From positions 14,821 through 78,820 of the forward strand of contig CAYPIW010000124.1 in NCBI GenBank assembly GCA_964410925.1: a DNA stretch of 64,000 nucleotides, read 5' to 3'. The notes under the pieces are model-generated. The model worked only from the letters and a program-made list of their open reading frames with translations, was not told where the DNA came from and did not search any database. The translations under genes and the position numbers were made by a program. Numbering within the stretch: position 1 is the first letter of the stretch; the number at the start of each line of letters is the position of its first letter. Source of the stretch: an uncultured Desulfobacteraceae bacterium. Lineage in GTDB: Bacteria > Desulfobacterota > Desulfobacteria > Desulfobacterales > UBA11574. This document shows, one piece after another, positions 57,921 to 64,000 of this stretch.

Positions 57921-57943
57921 GATGTATCATCCTTGGTTATGGA

Positions 57944-58243
57944 TTACATTAAAGTTGCGGACAATCTAAAAAGGCTAGTTACAACAAAATTTTGCAGAAA
58001 TATGATGCCCAAAATGACAATAATTGGAGAAAAGTCTATGCCGCCAAAATCAAAGGGTAATTTTCTGCGGATGCGATACAGTACGGGCTCGGTAACATTG
58101 TGAATAAAACGAACGATTGGATTATAAGGATCTGGATTCACCCAGGAAAGAACAGCCCGCGCTATAACAATCCACATGTAAAAGTGTAGAACGTAGTTGA
58201 GAACTACCGCAACAGCCTTTAGTAAATTGCCAATGATAAACAT
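57944..58243 (-). CDS. yggT: YggT-family membrane protein
   Basis: 99 aa with two TM segments and the motif SWVNPDPYNPIVRFIHNVTEPVL. Confidence 0.8.
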   Translation of the reverse strand: MFIIGNLLKAVAVVLNYVLHFYMWIVIARAVLSWVNPDPYNPIVRFIHNVTEPVLYRIRRKLPFDFGGIDFSPIIVILGIIFLQNFVVTSLFRLSATLM

Positions 58244-58498
58244 ATAAACATTGATCTTTCGATTTTCGTGTCAATTTTTTAATCCGTCGACTTTCTAACC
58301 GGAAAATTAATGATATATTGACAATAAGTCAAGATATTTCACGCAAAATCATTGACATAATAAACATTCAAAGGATAGAAGTATGTTTTTTGCATGTTAT
58401 TGATAATTCAACCGGCCAAATTTATCTGGTTTTTAACCAGTTGATATGCAAACAAATTTAGTTATATTATTAAACATAATCAAGGGGGAATAAAATTC

Positions 58499-59332
58499 AT
58501 GTTGAAAAACAAAAAAATCAGCCTAATCGGAACAGGAAACATGGGAGAAGCTCTTTTAAGCGGGCTCATTTCTTCAGGGTCGTCTGATTCCAAAAACATT
58601 ATTTGCACGGATGTTCGTGAAAACAGGCTAAAATCTATCCAAGAAAAATATGGCGTCCATACCACAGCAGATAACATCAAAGCGGTGGAGGCTTCAGAAA
58701 TTATTATATATGCGGTCAAACCTCAGATCATTGCGTCAGTATTGAGGGAAACAGCGTCCTGCCTGGATATGTCCAAACTCATCATATCCATTGCCGCCGG
58801 TGTTCCTCTGGCCGCCATAGAGTCGTGTCTGAACAAAAAATTGCGTCTTATCCGGGTAATGCCCAACATCGCGGCCTTCGTTAAGGAGAGTGCTTCGGTT
58901 ATCGCAGCCGGAGGAAATGCCACCGAAGAAGACATTAAACTGTCTCTCGCTATCTTCGATTCCATGGGGAGAAGTATTTTTCTTAAAGAAAATATTCTTA
59001 TGGATGCAATTACCGGCTTAAGCGGCAGCGGGCCCGCCTATATCTTTTTAATTGTCGATGCTATGGCCGATGCCGGAGTAAAAATGGGTCTATCCAGGGA
59101 AGATGCTCTTTTTCTTTCATCTCAAACGGTTTTAGGGGCGGCAAAATTACTGATTGAAACAAAAGAACATCCCGGCAGGTTAAAGGACATGGTAACCTCT
59201 CCCGGTGGAACAGCTATCGCCGGAATTCACACGTTGGAAAAAGGCGGACTTCGAACCACGCTTATTAACGCCGTGGAAGTCGCTACAAAACGATCCAAAG
59301 AGCTGGGTGAAATTATGATCAAAAATTTTTAA
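58499..59332 (+). CDS. proC: pyrroline-5-carboxylate reductase
   Basis: ISLIGTGNMGEAL NAD motif, and the C-terminal SPGGTAIAG motif (consensus SPGGTT). Confidence 0.9.
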   Translation: MLKNKKISLIGTGNMGEALLSGLISSGSSDSKNIICTDVRENRLKSIQEKYGVHTTADNIKAVEASEIIIYAVKPQIIASVLRETASCLDMSKLIISIAAGVPLAAIESCLNKKLRLIRVMPNIAAFVKESASVIAAGGNATEEDIKLSLAIFDSMGRSIFLKENILMDAITGLSGSGPAYIFLIVDAMADAGVKMGLSREDALFLSSQTVLGAAKLLIETKEHPGRLKDMVTSPGGTAIAGIHTLEKGGLRTTLINAVEVATKRSKELGEIMIKNF

Positions 59333-59373
59333 AACGGGTAATAATCAATATTATAAGACAAGGGGTTGACATA

Positions 59374-61512
59374 ATGGCAGAATATAAAATGGAATCGCTC
59401 AAGACATTTAATTATGATAGGCCGGTCATTGAAAAGGGGTATGCAAACCAAACCCTTTGTATAGATATTTCTGATGGTGCCATTTCCACTAAGCCGGTTA
59501 CTGAAAAAATGAAAAACGTCTTTATCGGCGGCAAAGGTTTTGATCTCTGGCTTCTATGGAATGCTGTCCACGGCACAACAAAATGGAATGATCCTGAAAA
59601 CGCAATATGTATCGCGTCCGGTCCTATGGGCGGGACACCCGTATATCCGGGCTCCGGCAAAAGTATTGTCACCACCATTTCGCCGTTAACAGGATCCGTG
59701 ATAGACTCTAATGTGGGAGGTTATTTTGGTCCTTATCTTAAGTTTTCCGGATTTGATGCTCTGGAAGTAACTGGAAAAACATCAAAACATGTTGTAATCT
59801 TTATTGATGGCATTGATGAGAAAGTTCAGATCTTCAAGACGTCGGGATTGCCGGATGATTCCTATACTCTTTCTGCGATATTAACCGAACATTTCGCCAA
59901 CGGGAAGCCGCGTAACATTTCTGTAGTTTCTACAGGACCGGGCGCCAAAAATACACGCATGGGATGCCTGAACTTTACCTGGTATGATCTCAAACGAAAG
60001 CGTGCCAGATATAAACAGGCGGGACGGGGGGGGATCGGTGGGGTTTTTGCTGATAAGGGTATCAAAGCTATTGTGGCGCGCTGGGACACGGTCACAACCC
60101 AGACAAACAATCCTGCAAATGCCAATACATTGAAAGACGTCGGAAGAAAACACTCCAGGGAGGTTGTGGAACTTGATCCCAAACAAAACCAGATGGCACA
60201 AATCGGAACCACCCACCTGGTTCCGATTATGAATGATTTCGATCTACTGCCCATCCATAATTTCCAGTACGGGCGGCATACAGAGGCGGACAACATCGGT
60301 CAGGAGGTTTTCAGGCGCATATTCGATCCCGGCTATGATGGGTGTTGGATGGGATGTACCCTTGCCTGTTCACATGGTGTCAAAGACTTTGTTCCTCTCA
60401 CGGGTCCATACAAAGGGACCAAAGTTTTTGTAGATGGGCCCGAATATGAAACCATCGCCGGCTGTGGCTCAAACCTGGGTATTTTCGACCCTCATACGAT
60501 TATTGAAATGAATTTTTACTGTGACACCTACGGGCTGGATACCATTTCAGTGGGCACCTCCACCGCCTTCGCCATGGAGTGTTTTGATATGGGTCTGATA
60601 AACGAAACCCATACCCACGGAATGAACCTTTCATTCGGCAATCGCCTGTCCGCACTGGAGGTTGTTCATCAGATGGCTTCAGGAGAGGGTTTCGGACAAA
60701 TTATAGGCCAGGGAGTTCGCCGAATGAAAATAATTTTTTCCAGAGACTATGGCGCCAATCCCGATCTAATGCAAGACATCGGTATGGAAGCAAAGGGCCT
60801 GGAGTTCTCCGAGTATATGACCAAAGAATCACTTGCCCAGCAGGGGGGGTACGGTCTTGCTCTCAAAGGCCCGCAGCATGACGAAGCATGGTTGATCTTT
60901 CTTGATATGGTGCATAATTTTATGCCGACTTTTGAACAGAAAGCAGAAGCGCTGCACTGGTTTCCCATGTTCCGAACTTGGTTTGGGTTATGCGGACTGT
61001 GCAAACTCCCCTGGAATGATGTTGTCCCTGAAGATAATAAGAACATGCCGGAGCCTGCAAAGGTTATGAAACACGTAGAGTGGTATGCGGATTATTATAC
61101 CGCAGTTACCGGGAAACAGACAACTCCTGACGGCCTTATCCGAATGAGTGAAGCAGTTTACAATTTCCAGCGTATTTTCAACCTTAAAATGGGTTTTGGG
61201 CAACGGGAGCATGATAATATTCCCTATCGTGCGGTGGGGCCGGTAAAAGTTGTTGAATACGAATCACGGGCCGAGCGCTATGACAAACAACTTATTGAAA
61301 AACATAACGTCGATATCACCGGAAAGACTGCGGAAGAAAAAATAGTGCTGTTGCGTGAGTTTCGCGAAATGCTTTATGAAAAATTAAAAGATGCGGTATA
61401 TAACCGCCGGGGATGGACCGGCAATGGAATTCCGACGGTCGAAACCGTAACGAAGCTGGGTATCGATTTTCCTGAGGTTCTGGAATTGCTCAGGGCTCAC
61501 GGTGTTGAATGA
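59374..61512 (+). CDS. aor: aldehyde:ferredoxin oxidoreductase family (tungstopterin) enzyme
   Basis: 712 aa with an AFOR N-terminal domain pattern (GGKGFDLWLLW, GPMGG) and a large C-terminal domain with cysteine ligand motifs. Confidence 0.8.
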   Translation: MAEYKMESLKTFNYDRPVIEKGYANQTLCIDISDGAISTKPVTEKMKNVFIGGKGFDLWLLWNAVHGTTKWNDPENAICIASGPMGGTPVYPGSGKSIVTTISPLTGSVIDSNVGGYFGPYLKFSGFDALEVTGKTSKHVVIFIDGIDEKVQIFKTSGLPDDSYTLSAILTEHFANGKPRNISVVSTGPGAKNTRMGCLNFTWYDLKRKRARYKQAGRGGIGGVFADKGIKAIVARWDTVTTQTNNPANANTLKDVGRKHSREVVELDPKQNQMAQIGTTHLVPIMNDFDLLPIHNFQYGRHTEADNIGQEVFRRIFDPGYDGCWMGCTLACSHGVKDFVPLTGPYKGTKVFVDGPEYETIAGCGSNLGIFDPHTIIEMNFYCDTYGLDTISVGTSTAFAMECFDMGLINETHTHGMNLSFGNRLSALEVVHQMASGEGFGQIIGQGVRRMKIIFSRDYGANPDLMQDIGMEAKGLEFSEYMTKESLAQQGGYGLALKGPQHDEAWLIFLDMVHNFMPTFEQKAEALHWFPMFRTWFGLCGLCKLPWNDVVPEDNKNMPEPAKVMKHVEWYADYYTAVTGKQTTPDGLIRMSEAVYNFQRIFNLKMGFGQREHDNIPYRAVGPVKVVEYESRAERYDKQLIEKHNVDITGKTAEEKIVLLREFREMLYEKLKDAVYNRRGWTGNGIPTVETVTKLGIDFPEVLELLRAHGVE

Positions 61513-61709
61513 TGATCAAGATAAACGGAAAACAGCATTCCTGGTACGAGGGAATGACCATTAAAGATCTTCTCAAAAATCTTGACAATTCCAATCTTTA
61601 TGCGGTGGTACGGATCAATGATAAACACATCTCCAGGCCTTGTTTTGAAAAAACTCTGGTTCCCGATAACGCAGAAGTGTTTTTGATACCCATGATTGCG
61701 GGAGGGTAA
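61509..61709 (+). CDS. ThiS/MoaD-family small sulfur-carrier-like protein
   Basis: 66 aa with a beta-grasp pattern, ending in ...IPMIAGG (C-terminal Gly-Gly). It has an ATGA overlap with the aor stop. Confidence 0.7.
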   Translation: MMIKINGKQHSWYEGMTIKDLLKNLDNSNLYAVVRINDKHISRPCFEKTLVPDNAEVFLIPMIAGG

Positions 61710-61721
61710 CCAAGGGAAAAC

Positions 61722-62420
61722 ATGTTTACCGAAGCCGTGACATTTCCTGCAGCCTTTCTTGCGGGATTTCTCTCTTTCTTATCACCGTGTGTGCTACCGC
61801 TCATCCCTGCATATTTTACCTTTATCACGGGGTTTTCACTGGAAGAATTGACCGAAAAACATAATTCGGAAATAAGAAAAAAAGTGGTTTTTTCAACCGT
61901 CTCATTTGTTTGCGGATTTTCCCTGATCTTTATCCTCATGGGCGCATCCGCCTCATATCTCGGGAGCTTAATTTATAACTATCGGCAAACAATAAGAATT
62001 ATCGGCGGCATTTTGATTGTCCTTATGGGAGTCCATCTAACCGGTATCATCCGTATCCCCGGTCTGGATGTTGAAAAACGGATCCATATGGAAAAAAAGC
62101 CCTTACATTTTTTAGGAATTTTTATCATCGGCATGGCGTTTGGAACCGGCTGGAGTCCGTGTATTGGCCCTTTGCTGGGATCGATCCTCATCATCGCCGG
62201 CAGTCAGGAAACGGTTCGGCAAGGGATTGTGCTTCTTGCCATCTATTCCGCCGGACTGGCCTTGCCTTTTATTATCCTTTCCCTTTTTATTCATCTCCTC
62301 TTGAAGGCTATTAAAAAGGCTTCTCGTTTCTTGAAATATATCAACGCCACCGCGGGTATCCTGCTGATTATTGTGGGACTGATTCTTGTGACGAACAAGC
62401 TGCATGTGTTTATCGGCTGA
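61722..62420 (+). CDS. ccdA: CcdA/DsbD-family thiol-disulfide transporter
   Basis: Six TM helices with the conserved LSPCVLPLIPAY and WSPCIGP cysteine motifs. Confidence 0.85.
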   Translation: MFTEAVTFPAAFLAGFLSFLSPCVLPLIPAYFTFITGFSLEELTEKHNSEIRKKVVFSTVSFVCGFSLIFILMGASASYLGSLIYNYRQTIRIIGGILIVLMGVHLTGIIRIPGLDVEKRIHMEKKPLHFLGIFIIGMAFGTGWSPCIGPLLGSILIIAGSQETVRQGIVLLAIYSAGLALPFIILSLFIHLLLKAIKKASRFLKYINATAGILLIIVGLILVTNKLHVFIG

Positions 62421-62444
62421 CCCGAATGGTTATGAAAAAATTAT

Positions 62445-62702
62445 CTATTTTGAAAACCGGCGGTAATATCTTCTGATCAGGCGGATTGTTGTGGAAATAA
62501 TAACACCACCGCTCATTAGTACAAGAAGGACAGGCACCCAAATATGCTCATGATATGCTATGTTTTCGCGGGATGCCAAGATACCCGCAATCCCAAACAA
62601 AAACACAGGAACCATAAAAAAAATTACAATATAACATGCCGACTCAGAGTCATACCAGGGAACGATTACTTTTCTGAATAGAGGATTTTGATCAATACGC
62701 AT
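62445..62702 (-). CDS. small membrane protein (hypothetical)
   Basis: 85 aa with two hydrophobic helices. No family recognised. Confidence 0.4.
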   Translation of the reverse strand: MRIDQNPLFRKVIVPWYDSESACYIVIFFMVPVFLFGIAGILASRENIAYHEHIWVPVLLVLMSGGVIISTTIRLIRRYYRRFSK

Positions 62703-62716
62703 GATTGAGTAACTCG

Positions 62717-62864
62717 TAAAAAGTCCGATTTAGACGGTTTTGTAAAAAGTTCAAATTCAAAGCGTAAAAATTTTATAATCATGAACACTACTTATCGTAT
62801 GTTGAATGATTGCAGAATGTAGCACAACGCAGAATTTGGATTTTTTACAAAACCGTCAACTTTA
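62717..62864 (+). repeat. 148-bp palindromic MITE-like element, copy 2
   Basis: It has the same orientation and length as 33330-33477. The first 44 nt are identical. Confidence 0.7.
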
Positions 62865-62897
62865 GTCACTTTTCTGGCCTATTCAGGTTAGATATTA

Positions 62898-64000
62898 TTA
62901 TCCGCATTTTGTAAAACCGCAGAAATGACACATCATACAGCCCTCTTCAAAACTAACGGTATTTCCGCATTCCGGACAGGTTTCTCCAAGGAGGCTGTTG
63001 CCATATCCATGTTTTTTATAGGATCCGTCTTTCAAATACCTTTTCTCAAGGACTCTGCCAATAGCGTCCGGTATTGACAGAACCAGGCCCCCTTTTTGAA
63101 AAACAGGATGCTCCCCGCCGATACCTTTTAGTTGTTCTACAACTTTATCTACCCGAACTCCGGATCTGAAGGCCAGCGAAACCAGCCTGCCGATGGCTTC
63201 GGTCTTTGCTGTGGTGGACCGACCGGATTTGCCGATTGTGGCAAACACCTCAAAAGGATGTCCGTCCAATTCGGTTACCGTGACATAAAGCTGGCCCATT
63301 CCCGTATTCATTTTGGAAGTGAACCCTTCAAGTGTTTCCGGACGTTCTTTAACCGTGGTATTCGAAGTGTCAGCAGGATTGTCCGCTCCGGCAACCGAAA
63401 GTACCTGATTTTCCTTACTTCCATCCCTGTATATGGTAACGCCTTTGCAATCCAGCTCGTAAGCCAGATTATAAATCTTTAATACATCGTCCACGGTGGC
63501 ATCACTGGGCAAATTGACCGTCTTAGAAACCGCATTGTCGGTGTGCCTCTGAAAAGCGGCCTGCATCCGAATATGGCATTCGGGAGATATATCATGGGCC
63601 GTTACAAAGACCTTGCGAATATCCTCCGGTATTTCGTCAATGTGCTGAATACCCCCTTCAAGGGCAATGGTATCCATCAACTCGGTGCTATAAAACCCTT
63701 TTCCTCTCGCCACTTTTTCAAAGTATGGATTTATTTCTAATAATTTGTCATTATCCATAACGTTTCTAACAAAACTCAAGGCAAAAAGCGGTTCCACGCC
63801 GCTGGAACAGTTCGCAATTATACTCAATGTGCCGGTCGGTGCAATGGTGGTTGTGGAGGCATTTCGATAGGTACATCCTTTCCGGTTTTTAAAAATGCTC
63901 TTATCAAAATTTTCGAAAACCCCTCTTTTTTCAGCCAGACATTTTGAGGCTTCGTGGGATTCTTTTTGAATGAACCCCATCACTTCTTCGGCTATTTCAA
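62898..64000 (-). CDS. nrdJ: adenosylcobalamin-dependent (class II) ribonucleotide reductase, C-terminal part (runs off the window)
   Basis: TTIAPTGTLSIIANCSSGVEP, and a C-terminal zinc ribbon CPECGNTVSFEEGCMMCHFCG. The reading frame stays open to the window edge. Confidence 0.85.
   Translation of the reverse strand, partial: EIAEEVMGFIQKESHEASKCLAEKRGVFENFDKSIFKNRKGCTYRNASTTTIAPTGTLSIIANCSSGVEPLFALSFVRNVMDNDKLLEINPYFEKVARGKGFYSTELMDTIALEGGIQHIDEIPEDIRKVFVTAHDISPECHIRMQAAFQRHTDNAVSKTVNLPSDATVDDVLKIYNLAYELDCKGVTIYRDGSKENQVLSVAGADNPADTSNTTVKERPETLEGFTSKMNTGMGQLYVTVTELDGHPFEVFATIGKSGRSTTAKTEAIGRLVSLAFRSGVRVDKVVEQLKGIGGEHPVFQKGGLVLSIPDAIGRVLEKRYLKDGSYKKHGYGNSLLGETCPECGNTVSFEEGCMMCHFCGFTKCG

Overview
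All calls come from reading the sequence and ORF translations by eye. No database or HMM search was run. The window looks like a sulfate-reducing deltaproteobacterium (Desulfobacterales-like). This is inferred from DsrC, an AhbA/B-type siroheme decarboxylase, a tungsten AOR, several sigma-54 promoters and an AT-rich core. There are two parts. (1) 2381-22740 is a ~20.3-kb island that looks more GC-rich than its flanks. It is inserted at the 3' end of a tRNA-Met(CAU) gene and bounded by a perfect 21-bp direct repeat. It has an Xis-like gene but no integrase. It carries one long minus-strand operon with a complete BREX type 3 gene set in canonical order (brxF-brxC-pglXI-brxHII-pglZ-brxA). That operon is interrupted twice. 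The first interruption is a Schlafen/AlbA_2-type gene bracketed by 10-bp iterons. The second is a translationally coupled four-gene cassette: a small acidic protein, an ABC/AAA_21-type ATPase, a PIN-like protein and a minimal RNA-ligase-like nucleotidyltransferase. This cassette (8243-11158) is my best candidate for an undescribed system. I propose an RNA cut-and-reseal guard nested in BREX, analogous to PrrC nested in EcoprrI. (2) The rest is housekeeping: ddl, hpt, cbpA-like, mnmG, nadE, miaA, dsrC, a pdaD/DHS-like/speB polyamine operon, an NtrC-type regulator, dksA, ald, dnaK-grpE, SRP RNA, tilS-ftsH-folP, coaX, pilT/pilU, divIVA-yggT, proC, AOR and a partial nrdJ. Secondary observations in this part are a cobalamin riboswitch driving only an 86-aa orphan protein, a 148-bp palindromic MITE-like repeat in two copies, three consensus-quality sigma-54 promoters, and two unannotated small ORFs.
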